Part shown: positions 21,617 through 30,566 of the stretch, piece after piece | How positions within the stretch are numbered: position 1 is the first letter of the stretch | Layout of the letters: the number at the start of each line of letters is the position of its first letter | Origin: a virus | Virus record (IMG/VR): IMGVR_UViG_3300020153_000005 | Location: 1 to 31,067 of that record | Direction: 5' to 3' (one strand) | Length of the DNA: 31,067 nt | The notes under the pieces: generated by a model | What the model saw: only the letters and a program-made list of their open reading frames with translations | Told to the model about the DNA's origin: nothing | Database searches by the model: none | Position numbers and translations under genes: made by a program

Positions 21617-24123
21617 TTGTTTTTATTTTTTGGTATATACGGCCTTTTAAATTCTGAAATAACACCAGCTTCTTTTAAAATTGTTTCTATTGCTCTTTTC
21701 TTTTCTTCTTCCATAAATTTTTGCTGAAGTTCTAAATCAATTGGTGTTATTTTGAGACCAACTTGTTTTAGTAACTCTTGAAATAAAGTTCTCGTTTGAG
21801 CGCCACCAGCTTCAATGCCACCCTTTTCTAATTCTACAACTCTTTTTAACATTCCAGGTCTTTGTTCTCCTGTTTTTCTATAACCACCTGGAATTTGGTC
21901 GGCTATTGCTGGTGGTAAATACGTTTTTAGAATATGTCTAAATACATCACTTAATTGTTTGTCTACTGGATCGCTTTCTCTAACTATTTTATTTCCATAA
22001 AAATCCTGATTTCTTGCTAATTCTCTTATTAAGTTTATAGCGGGGAATTTTTTTGTTATTGCTTCCGGGACGCTTTCTTTTAACCCCGTTTCTCTTTTTA
22101 TATCTCTTTCAAAAAATTGACCAGAAATTAAATCACCAAAAGGAATAATATAAGTTAAATCTAAATAGGCACTTCTCCCGTATTTATCTTTTATAGGAAG
22201 TTTTACATAAAAACCCTCTCTTATCCACTCTGGCTCACTTGCTCTTTCTTTTTCTAATTCTTTTAAATCAGCCATATTTTCAATAGCATTTTTAATTTTT
22301 CCAATATTTGAAATTTTTGTCGGTTTTGTAATTGCTATTTTAGTAACTTGAGGTGTAACCTTATAAGCAAATGTAATAAATGGATAACCCCAAATACTTT
22401 CTCTTAAATGTCTAATAAATGGCGTAACTTGTGAGTAATTAAATGTTGCTCTTTCTGCTATTTTATATGCTTCTTCTGGACTTAATCCTTTACTTCTTTG
22501 ATAAATATATTGAGCCATTTTCGCCCACTCTTCTTCTTTTTGATATAAATCTGATAATTTATTTACAACTTCCTTCCATTTATTGCCGAACTTTTTTCCG
22601 ATACTTATTCCTTCTGGACCAAGCAACATATCTTTTAATTCTCTTGAAGCAAAAGTATCTAATCCTAACCCAACCTTCTTAGCTTCTTGATATAATTCTC
22701 CTTTTTTGGCTATCTCTTTTGCTGCTTTTGCGTAAATATCTAATCTTGCAGGACTTAACCCCTCAAAATTGTTTAATATAAAATTACTCATTATATTTCT
22801 TGCGTGAGTGGCAGGATTTAAAATAACCTTACTAAATTTAAAACCAGCAACAATTTTATTTAAAGCTTTTTCTGCTGGAGATTTAATTTTAATAATTTCT
22901 TGAATGTCATCATAAATTGGTTTAGGAACAGCTTTACCCGATAAAGCCCCGAGCGTTGGTGTTTTAGGTAAAAGCTCAAACCCTTCTTCTAAAGTATCTT
23001 TAGCAAATTTAGAAGCAACTTCTTTAAAGAATTTAGCCCTTTCAATTGCTGTATTTAATTGAACTAAAGATTTAGCGGTAGGATAACCAACTTCTAAAAT
23101 TTCACCCATTGCTTCTCTTACATCGTCTGGTATATCTGTTCTCTTTTTAAATCTTGATAAATCAATTCTTATCGGTTTTTTATCAAAAAATGTTTTTATT
23201 TTTTCAGTAATTCCTTCCGGTATTTCGTGTTTTCTGTATAAACGGGCAATATATTTTCCAACGTTTTGTTCATAAACTTCTTTCTTTAAAAGACCGACTT
23301 CAACTGCTTCTTTGCCTAATCTATCTAATTCATCAAATGCTGGTTTGGCTTTTTCTAAAAGTTCTTGTGGAAGTTCTTCTAACTTACCCAATTTCCTTGC
23401 TTCCATTATCTGTCTTTGGACGTTAGCATCTAATTTAGCTAAAGGTTTTGCTAATTCAATAAGATTTTCGTTGCCAACCGCTATATTTCTTATGCTTCTT
23501 TCTGCTAATTCTTTATAAACAGGATCTTGTCCAAAGCGATAAATAAAAGCTCTTCCTAAAGCATTTCCAATTTTTTCAGCCGCTTCGCCGATTACTGGCG
23601 CTTTAGTTATGGTTTTGCCGACCGCTTTTGCTGTTCCACCCATAAACTTAAGAGCCGCCCTACCCCAGCCAAAAATAGGAACATAAGTTAATGGATCTAC
23701 AGCAATATCTAAAGCAAGCCCACCAATAAAACCAGGTAATCCATATTCACCTAAAGCATCTTTATCTGTAAAACTTTGCCTTGTTTTAACGCCTTCAGCA
23801 AAACTTTTCCCCTTCAAAAGTCCAGTAATACCATATTGAAGCAAATTCAAAGTATCAAAAATATCAGAAACAAAACCACCAGAAAAAATTTCTTTTGGCT
23901 TTTCTCCTTTTTCCGACAAAACACTTTCTACTTTTTCACCTAATCCTGTTTGTTTAGCAACGGTTTTTAACCCTTCTACAGTAGTTAAATCAGGTTTAAC
24001 ACCTAAAACAGCACCAAATCCTTTTAATCCTTTTGCTATTCCCGTGTCCTCTATACCCAAAACAGCGCCAACTCCAACCCTTTTTTCTTCTTTTTCTTCA
24101 AATAAAACATCTTTAATTGCCAT
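21613..24123 (-). CDS. Large virion-associated protein (836 aa), possibly an internal/ejection or tail protein.
   Basis: The call rests on size and on position in the tail module next to the 436- and 494-aa genes. The N-terminus is Gly-rich. No catalytic motif was recognised. Confidence 0.4.
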   Translation of the reverse strand: MAIKDVLFEEKEEKRVGVGAVLGIEDTGIAKGLKGFGAVLGVKPDLTTVEGLKTVAKQTGLGEKVESVLSEKGEKPKEIFSGGFVSDIFDTLNLLQYGITGLLKGKSFAEGVKTRQSFTDKDALGEYGLPGFIGGLALDIAVDPLTYVPIFGWGRAALKFMGGTAKAVGKTITKAPVIGEAAEKIGNALGRAFIYRFGQDPVYKELAERSIRNIAVGNENLIELAKPLAKLDANVQRQIMEARKLGKLEELPQELLEKAKPAFDELDRLGKEAVEVGLLKKEVYEQNVGKYIARLYRKHEIPEGITEKIKTFFDKKPIRIDLSRFKKRTDIPDDVREAMGEILEVGYPTAKSLVQLNTAIERAKFFKEVASKFAKDTLEEGFELLPKTPTLGALSGKAVPKPIYDDIQEIIKIKSPAEKALNKIVAGFKFSKVILNPATHARNIMSNFILNNFEGLSPARLDIYAKAAKEIAKKGELYQEAKKVGLGLDTFASRELKDMLLGPEGISIGKKFGNKWKEVVNKLSDLYQKEEEWAKMAQYIYQRSKGLSPEEAYKIAERATFNYSQVTPFIRHLRESIWGYPFITFAYKVTPQVTKIAITKPTKISNIGKIKNAIENMADLKELEKERASEPEWIREGFYVKLPIKDKYGRSAYLDLTYIIPFGDLISGQFFERDIKRETGLKESVPEAITKKFPAINLIRELARNQDFYGNKIVRESDPVDKQLSDVFRHILKTYLPPAIADQIPGGYRKTGEQRPGMLKRVVELEKGGIEAGGAQTRTLFQELLKQVGLKITPIDLELQQKFMEEEKKRAIETILKEAGVISEFKRPYIPKNKNK

Positions 24124-24125
24124 AT

Positions 24126-25436
24126 TTATCTTTGAAATAATCTACTAAAGAACCCTTTAACTGCTCCAAAAACTCCGCTATTTTGACTCCCTTGAACTCT
24201 TTCTATGCTTTTTGTAAGCGGAAACAATCTATCAACTTCTTCTAATAATTTATTATAACCATCTTCACCAACTTTATTTATAATTACCTCCCTATATCTA
24301 TTTAAATCTTCAAGCGCTTCGTTTCTTGATTGATAAGTTGGTATTTGAGCAATTAAATTTACTAAATCTTTGTTTTTAACTGACGCTGCCTTTTCTTGCG
24401 CTAATTCTAATCTTTGTCTTGCTATATCCATTGATTGTAAGGTTTTTTCCAAATCTGCCTGCGCTTTAGCAATTTTTTGCTCATTTCCGGTTTTCACCGC
24501 CCGTCTTAAACCCTTTAAGAGATTAACATTAATCCCTAAATTAGAAGCAAAAGAAACTAAATCTTCATCTGGTAAATCAGCTAACGCTCCAGTTGAAATA
24601 TATTGTTGAAGCAGTTGTCTTGTATCGTCTCTTAATCTTTCTTCGGTTGTTTGTCTTTTTGTGGCTTCTTTTTCAAAAATTCCAAATTCTTGTCTGGCAG
24701 CATCCAACGAAGCGTCTAAAGCATTTCTTAAAGCATTGTATTGAGCAGTTAAAGCTTGTATATTCTTATTTCTTCCCTCTATCAAATAATTCATTATTTT
24801 ATTTTTGAAGGTTTCTCTCATTGCGGGGCTTTTTTGAAAATCAGAAATAACTTCATCAAACGCTTCATAAGCAGCGGTAATAGTATTAGAAAGAGTTTCT
24901 AATTTTTTGATTTTATCGTTGACACCATATTTATCCAATACCTCCCGCCATTTAGAAACAGCATCTTTTTCTGTGGCAATTTCCGCTGGTGGCGGTGGCA
25001 TCGGAGTAGTCATAACAAGCGGCACTTTTTCTACTATTTTCTGGTTAATTAAGTCTTCAATTTCTTTTCTGGTTAAAACACCAGCCGATGTTTCCACGGG
25101 CGTGGAAACTTTATTAATATCAACTACCCCACCTGAAACAACTCTAGGTGGTTCTATTTTTGGTTCCGGTAATTTAACCTGCGGTATTTGAGTCATATCT
25201 TTTTCAATAATTAAAGTTCCACCAGCACCAATTCCTTTAATTGTTCCACTAGTCATAAATTCTGGTCTTATAGCTGAACTTGTCATAACCGAACTAGGAG
25301 ACCGAACTACTCCAACCTCCGCACCCGCTTTTGTATCTATTCTTATATCCATTGGTTTTTGTAATGGAATTGTTGCCTGGGGCTGACTAATTAAAGATTT
25401 TATTCTATTTTTTATTTTTTCAATAAAGTTAGGCAT
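24126..25436 (-). CDS. Virion-associated protein (436 aa) with a helical C-terminal half.
   Basis: It is tightly packed in the tail module. The C-terminal half has long helical, coiled-coil-like segments. Function is not assignable. Confidence 0.4.
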   Translation of the reverse strand: MPNFIEKIKNRIKSLISQPQATIPLQKPMDIRIDTKAGAEVGVVRSPSSVMTSSAIRPEFMTSGTIKGIGAGGTLIIEKDMTQIPQVKLPEPKIEPPRVVSGGVVDINKVSTPVETSAGVLTRKEIEDLINQKIVEKVPLVMTTPMPPPPAEIATEKDAVSKWREVLDKYGVNDKIKKLETLSNTITAAYEAFDEVISDFQKSPAMRETFKNKIMNYLIEGRNKNIQALTAQYNALRNALDASLDAARQEFGIFEKEATKRQTTEERLRDDTRQLLQQYISTGALADLPDEDLVSFASNLGINVNLLKGLRRAVKTGNEQKIAKAQADLEKTLQSMDIARQRLELAQEKAASVKNKDLVNLIAQIPTYQSRNEALEDLNRYREVIINKVGEDGYNKLLEEVDRLFPLTKSIERVQGSQNSGVFGAVKGFFSRLFQR

Positions 25437-25447
25437 ATTTTTATAAA

Positions 25448-26932
25448 TTATATTACTATATTGCTTTCTTCGTAAAGAATAGCAATTTCTTTAATCACTC
25501 CCGACCACGATGATGTACCACTTTTATAACCGTGTATTTCAATTTGGAATTTGGAACATAATTTATTAACATCAATAACTGTGCGGTGTTTTTGAGCAGA
25601 ACTAGTAATTGTTGCAATCAATGAACGGTTAAAATCTGTTCTATTATAATCATTTTTGGTATTAAGATAAATCTTAATTTCATCACCAACCGAAGGTTTG
25701 TTATCATAGAAAATAATTATTTTCCTTATATTTATATTTTTTCTTTCTTTAAGTTTAATCCAATTTGAAAAGTAATAGTAATTATCTTTTCCACTGGAAC
25801 TAAAAATATAATAACTCCTAACTCTTGTATAAGAATTTTCATTTTTATCAAAAACAAAAATTTCGTTATTGCCCCCACCCCAAGAATAAAAACCAGTAAC
25901 GGTAAAAGGCGCACTAAAACTTTCTTTCTCAACTAGGTTAATTAAGTTAAAAACTTTAAAATTGCCCGTCGTTGTTACTCCTTCCATAGGTAAAACTAAA
26001 TAATTACCAATTCCAAAAACAAAATTTTTCATAATTGTACTTCCGCTTGGTAACAAACAACCTGTACTTATTATTTCCTTTTGTATAAAAGAAAAACCAA
26101 TCAATTCAGATATAATAGTCGAACCACCAATCACCGAAACTAAATACCAAGAACCAGCAACTTTTGTTAATCCCTGATAACTACCAACAATGTTTTTTGC
26201 ATCTATAAAACTGTTTGAAATTCCATCCCAAAAGAAAATGGTATAATCGCCAGATTTTGTTGATTTAGTTACTACCGCAATATAAGTGTCATTAATGTTT
26301 CGTATATCTACGATTTGATTTTCTTGACCGACATCAAATGTAACTAAAGGACTTCCCCCTAAAGAAGAATCATAAACCTGAACATATCTTCTAAATGAAC
26401 CAGATGAATCGGTATCTGATACATAAAAATAACGATTAAAAACTTCTCCATATCTAAAATTGTAACCACCCCCAAAACTTGCCCAAGAACCAGAATTGTC
26501 TTCATTTTTCTTATATAAAAGAGCGCCGCCTATAATAGCTACTACCTTACCATTAAAAGAAACAATATCGTGTCCCACACTATCACTGGTAGGACTACCA
26601 GCTGGATAATCAAAATCGCTGTTATAAGTTTCAAAAAAAGCCAAAACTCTTGATTTTGAAGTTATGGCAATAAAATCACCTTTCCCGCTTGAAGTTTTTG
26701 TTTTGGTAAAAGAAACAATATGACCAAAATCTTCTGACCAATCAAAAGACGATAAAGAATCGTGAGGAGCTAAAGGATAAAAAGAATCATTTTTATGAAT
26801 ATAAATATCGCCAGCCGAAAAATTTTTCCAAGCAATAGGATTAGCTATTATTAAACGATGCGGATTTTCAGAGGTTGTTTCTATACTCCTAAAAGTTTGA
26901 CTTCTAAAATCTTTTAAAATTATCTCTTTCAT
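25448..26932 (-). CDS. Tail structural protein (494 aa), rich in beta strands.
   Basis: It is Ser/Gly/Tyr-rich with repetitive beta-strand-like segments, compatible with a propeller or nozzle-type tail protein. The call rests on position only. Confidence 0.4.
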   Translation of the reverse strand: MKEIILKDFRSQTFRSIETTSENPHRLIIANPIAWKNFSAGDIYIHKNDSFYPLAPHDSLSSFDWSEDFGHIVSFTKTKTSSGKGDFIAITSKSRVLAFFETYNSDFDYPAGSPTSDSVGHDIVSFNGKVVAIIGGALLYKKNEDNSGSWASFGGGYNFRYGEVFNRYFYVSDTDSSGSFRRYVQVYDSSLGGSPLVTFDVGQENQIVDIRNINDTYIAVVTKSTKSGDYTIFFWDGISNSFIDAKNIVGSYQGLTKVAGSWYLVSVIGGSTIISELIGFSFIQKEIISTGCLLPSGSTIMKNFVFGIGNYLVLPMEGVTTTGNFKVFNLINLVEKESFSAPFTVTGFYSWGGGNNEIFVFDKNENSYTRVRSYYIFSSSGKDNYYYFSNWIKLKERKNINIRKIIIFYDNKPSVGDEIKIYLNTKNDYNRTDFNRSLIATITSSAQKHRTVIDVNKLCSKFQIEIHGYKSGTSSWSGVIKEIAILYEESNIVI

Positions 26933-27198
26933 ACTATTTCTAAAATAAAATAATAAACCGTTGATGTATCCGAACTCGACGCTGAAGTAATAGTGGCAGA
27001 ACCATCACCACAAGATATTCTTAAATCACCAATCGTCCCGCCAGCAGTTTTTCTTGAAACCAACCCGATAGAAGATGTTCTTATTTTAGGATGGATAATC
27101 GTCGCCGACCCCGAAGTAAGAGTTTTCTCGCCAGCAACCACCAATGAATACAGAATAGCTTTTTTATCTTCTAAATCAAGTGGAAAATCTAATTTCAT
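26929..27198 (-). CDS. Hypothetical small structural-module protein (89 aa).
   Basis: ATG-initiated ORF with 4-nt overlaps to both neighbours. Confidence 0.5.
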   Translation of the reverse strand: MKLDFPLDLEDKKAILYSLVVAGEKTLTSGSATIIHPKIRTSSIGLVSRKTAGGTIGDLRISCGDGSATITSASSSDTSTVYYFILEIV

Positions 27199-27464
27199 CT
27201 TCTTTTTTGTCTGTCTTTAATAACAGAAACATCTTCAGCGACCTTTGTTATTTTAATATCTAATTTATCAAAACCATCTTTAATTTCATTTTTTATCTCA
27301 TCTAACTTAGATGATAAATCGTGTAAATGATTTTTAGAAATGAAATCAATTTTTTCATTTGTTCTTCGTGTTTTCACTAGAAAAATCAAAAGAACTAACA
27401 ATAACGCAATCAACTGCGGGATGTTTATATTTTCTTTTAAAATTTGTAAAATTATCTGTTCCAT
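27195..27464 (-). CDS. Membrane-anchored coiled-coil protein (89 aa).
   Basis: It has an N-terminal TM helix (LIALLLVLLIFLV) followed by a charged helical region. Confidence 0.5.
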   Translation of the reverse strand: MEQIILQILKENINIPQLIALLLVLLIFLVKTRRTNEKIDFISKNHLHDLSSKLDEIKNEIKDGFDKLDIKITKVAEDVSVIKDRQKRR

Positions 27465-27465
27465 A

Positions 27466-29532
27466 TTAGAAAGTTGAAAGTAAAAGACGACGACGGGCAG
27501 AAGTCAAAATTTCTTCTGATCCAAAGTTTAATAAAGTATTGTTTCCAGAATGATAAGAAGCTTTTATCCAAGCGGCAGGACGAGCAATGTTAGATATCCG
27601 AACCTCATCTGCATAAGCATAATAAGTACGCTGACCAGCGCCTGAAAATAACAATCTAACAATATGAGAAGAATCTGAAGGGTCGGAATAAATTACTTCA
27701 CTACCCCTTGATACAGAATTTACTAAAGTTCCATCAATATATAAATTTAAATTATAAGACGAATCAAATACTCCTACTATATAATACCAAACATTTGTAT
27801 CCATTGCCGACCCTGATAAATTTGTATTATTAACCGAAAAAGATATAACATTAGCCGGATAATCAAATCCCAACACCCAAGACCAATAACTATTTGCATC
27901 AGCACATCTTCTGCCAAATCCAACATCGTATCTATCCGTTCTCTTTCCCCACAATTCTATTGTAAAAACAGAAAAATCAAGATTATAGTTTTGTATTGAT
28001 GCGCCTTTAATAGAAGTATTTCCTCCTTTATATAACCCCCCATCAATTTTACCATCAACATATGATAAATCTCCCAAATCATTAAAATTATTGTTATTGA
28101 TTGTTGAATCATTTAAATTATTTCTCAAATGCCAAACACCTTTAAAATTACTATCCCAAACATTAGTCGGGTCTGCTCCATCAGAAGCATCAGGATTTCC
28201 ATAATAAAGATAAAATGATTTATTTTGTCCAGCAGTTAAAGAAGGAATTTTCACGTGATATTCAGCAACTTGATTAGTGGCATCGTGTCTCTCTCTTTCG
28301 TATTTTAAAAGAGTTTCGCCATCAGAAGCGCAATTCCCGCTCCAAAGAGATTTTCCGTTTCTTCTAACATAAATAATATGATTGGGAACTGTTATATCAT
28401 ATACAAACCCCTCATAATCAATCCACTCTCGTTTATCTGTTCTATTAACTTGAATTGTTTCTCTTTTGGTTAATGATAAAACATATCCTTCTTTTCTTTT
28501 ATATTTTCCAAAAGCAAGGGTTCCACCCAATCTTTTTTTAAAAGAGCAACTATATCCTAATTTTAAAGCAACTTCTGAAATGTCATCCGCTAACTGTTTA
28601 GAAGTTGTAAAATAAATAATATTTCTTCCTCTTTTATGCCCATCACCTCTAACTAACCACTCAAATAAAATTTCTAACTGTCTTTTACTTAAATTTTTTA
28701 TTTCTTTGGGGATAAATTTTTCGTATGTTTTTCCAAATTGAGATAAATAACTATATAACTGAATATTAATTATTCTCAAATTAGATGCATCTTTTCTTTT
28801 TACAAAAGATGGATTGAAACCATATTTCTTTAATAATTTAGCCAAAAAGATAAGAATATTTTCATCTTTTTGTGTTATGGTAATAGTGTGTGCGTGTCCA
28901 TCAATAAAACAACTTCCCTCTGCTAACCAAAAACCAAAAAACTTTAACCAATCGTCCATTAAAATTTTTTTAGGACGAATAAACTCTTTCCCCCTTCTTC
29001 CATTGTATCTTATGGTAGCGGGTAAAATAAACCATTTTTTTTCTTCACCCTCCCAATTTGCCGAAACTTGAAGATAATAATGTTTTGGTAAATCTTTTGC
29101 TCTAATTATTTGAAAATTTCTCTTTTTTCTTCTATCCCATTCTTTCTTAACCCACATTCTATGCTCTGGTGTTACTAATAAATCCACAATTCTTCCTTTC
29201 TGATGAAACAACTTACCCTTAAACCAAATTTTCTGGTAATCTATTGGATAGTGATATTCAAGTTTATTGGTATTAGGATTAAGAGTAGCAACTTTTACTT
29301 GTAATCTTTTTTCCACCAAATCTTTCAAAAGCATCCAACCATTTTCTGTTAAAATTTCTGTATCTGGACTATAACAAAATCTTATATCTGTACCATCGCT
29401 TCTTGCTTTTGAAAAATCAAAATTAGAAGATGTTAAAATTACGGCAACGGGAAAATCGGTTAAATTGGCATCAATTTTGGTACCATCTATTGTTATTTTT
29501 TTTCTATATGCCCATCCTGATAGCCAAGCCAT
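27466..29532 (-). CDS. Tail fibre / receptor-binding-type protein with DUF2341 and LamG (concanavalin-like lectin) domains, interrupted by an intein.
   Basis: ATG 29532 (MAWLSGWAYRKKITIDG...DFPV...GTDIRF). After the intein it continues CASDGETLLKYERE...YLYYGNP...VWHL and a LamG_3-like region ending DEVRISNIARPAAWI. The mature extein would be about 340 aa. Confidence 0.7.
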   Translation of the reverse strand: MAWLSGWAYRKKITIDGTKIDANLTDFPVAVILTSSNFDFSKARSDGTDIRFCYSPDTEILTENGWMLLKDLVEKRLQVKVATLNPNTNKLEYHYPIDYQKIWFKGKLFHQKGRIVDLLVTPEHRMWVKKEWDRRKKRNFQIIRAKDLPKHYYLQVSANWEGEEKKWFILPATIRYNGRRGKEFIRPKKILMDDWLKFFGFWLAEGSCFIDGHAHTITITQKDENILIFLAKLLKKYGFNPSFVKRKDASNLRIINIQLYSYLSQFGKTYEKFIPKEIKNLSKRQLEILFEWLVRGDGHKRGRNIIYFTTSKQLADDISEVALKLGYSCSFKKRLGGTLAFGKYKRKEGYVLSLTKRETIQVNRTDKREWIDYEGFVYDITVPNHIIYVRRNGKSLWSGNCASDGETLLKYERERHDATNQVAEYHVKIPSLTAGQNKSFYLYYGNPDASDGADPTNVWDSNFKGVWHLRNNLNDSTINNNNFNDLGDLSYVDGKIDGGLYKGGNTSIKGASIQNYNLDFSVFTIELWGKRTDRYDVGFGRRCADANSYWSWVLGFDYPANVISFSVNNTNLSGSAMDTNVWYYIVGVFDSSYNLNLYIDGTLVNSVSRGSEVIYSDPSDSSHIVRLLFSGAGQRTYYAYADEVRISNIARPAAWIKASYHSGNNTLLNFGSEEILTSARRRLLLSTF
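28333..29376 (-). mobile_element. Full-length intein (348 aa) with a LAGLIDADG homing-endonuclease domain.
   Basis: Block A is CYSPDTEILTENGW and block B is LLVTPEHRMW. The LAGLIDADG motifs are FFGFWLAEGSC and LFEWLVRGDGH. Blocks F/G are FVYDITVPNHIIYV...KSLWSGN, followed by a +1 Cys. Confidence 0.85.
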
Positions 29533-29533
29533 T

Positions 29534-30388
29534 TTATTGTTCTTCACTATAACTCACGACCGCTTTTGAAGTTGTGACATACTTTATAATTATCTCCATT
29601 GTCTTGTTTGCGGTTGTAGCCGTAGGTAAATCTCCGCCAATTCCTACATAATGATTTCCAAAAGTTAAAGTTCTTGAAGTTCCGTTATCGGTAATATAGA
29701 TTATAAAAATATCGCCAACAGAAGGAGAGGTAGCGTTGTTTATGGTTAAATTATCAGCTAAAGCTGTTAAGTAGTATTCATCATAACTTGCTTTATCAGG
29801 AGTTATAGATGAAACTGAAGTTTGCGAATTTTGACGAGGGGATATTTTTTTATTAGATAAAGATTGTGTATCAGTGGTTCCAACAACATCGCCAGAAGGC
29901 AAAAGTTTTCCACTATCTTTTATAAGTTTTCCAGTTGTCCCGTCAAATAAAACTACGGCATTGTTAGTTGAAGATGAAGGACCAGAAACATCACCAGCGC
30001 CCTGTCCATCTTGTCCTTTTTGTGCTAACAATTCCCAGTAAGAAGGATTGGTTGGTAATTCACCTGTATTTGCCTGAATACAAATATAAGATGATCCCTG
30101 ATATTGAACTGCGTCATCTACGCTGTAAGCGGTTGAACTTGACCATTCGCCCCTCCAATTTAACCCCTTTTCTCCTTGCGGACCTTGCGGACCTTGCGGA
30201 CCAGTTGCTCCTGTATCTCCTTTTTCAGCAACTAATTTCCAATAAGAAGTATCAGTTGGTAAATTTCCTAATGAATTTTGAATACAGGTATAACAAGACC
30301 CTTGATATAAAACAAAATCGCCAACATAGTATTGAGTTGACCCGTTATATTCTCCTTTCCAAACTTGTGACCAAAGTTTATTTGCCAT
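29534..30388 (-). CDS. Tail fibre protein with two CBM5/12-like carbohydrate-binding modules and a short collagen-like segment.
   Basis: The duplicated module is W..W.G.Y.G...Y.VGD.V.YQGS.Y.CIQ......P...SYW (aa 5-52 and 78-120). GDTGATGPQGPQGPQGEKG (nt 30164-30220) contains a 9-bp x3 tandem repeat. Confidence 0.65.
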   Translation of the reverse strand: MANKLWSQVWKGEYNGSTQYYVGDFVLYQGSCYTCIQNSLGNLPTDTSYWKLVAEKGDTGATGPQGPQGPQGEKGLNWRGEWSSSTAYSVDDAVQYQGSSYICIQANTGELPTNPSYWELLAQKGQDGQGAGDVSGPSSSTNNAVVLFDGTTGKLIKDSGKLLPSGDVVGTTDTQSLSNKKISPRQNSQTSVSSITPDKASYDEYYLTALADNLTINNATSPSVGDIFIIYITDNGTSRTLTFGNHYVGIGGDLPTATTANKTMEIIIKYVTTSKAVVSYSEEQ

Positions 30389-30390
30389 AA

Positions 30391-30564
30391 TTATTTATTT
30401 AAAAATGTCCACGACCCGCTTGCTGGTTTTGTTAAATTATTCCAACCCCCAGCTTCTTGTGTAATTAAGTATTCATCTTCATTTTGTCCAACTAAATAAT
30501 AATCTCCAGCTTCAGAAACTAAATAAATTGTAACATCTTCTTTTGTTAAAAAATTCCAACTCAT
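30391..30564 (-). CDS. Hypothetical mini-protein (57 aa) with three W-x-x-L-T/N-K motifs.
   Basis: MSWNFLTKEDVTIYLVSEAGDYYLVGQNEDEYLITQEAGGWNNLTKPASGSWTFLNK. It exactly fills the gap between 30388 and 30567. Hand-translated. Confidence 0.45.
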   Translation of the reverse strand: MSWNFLTKEDVTIYLVSEAGDYYLVGQNEDEYLITQEAGGWNNLTKPASGSWTFLNK

Positions 30565-30566
30565 AT

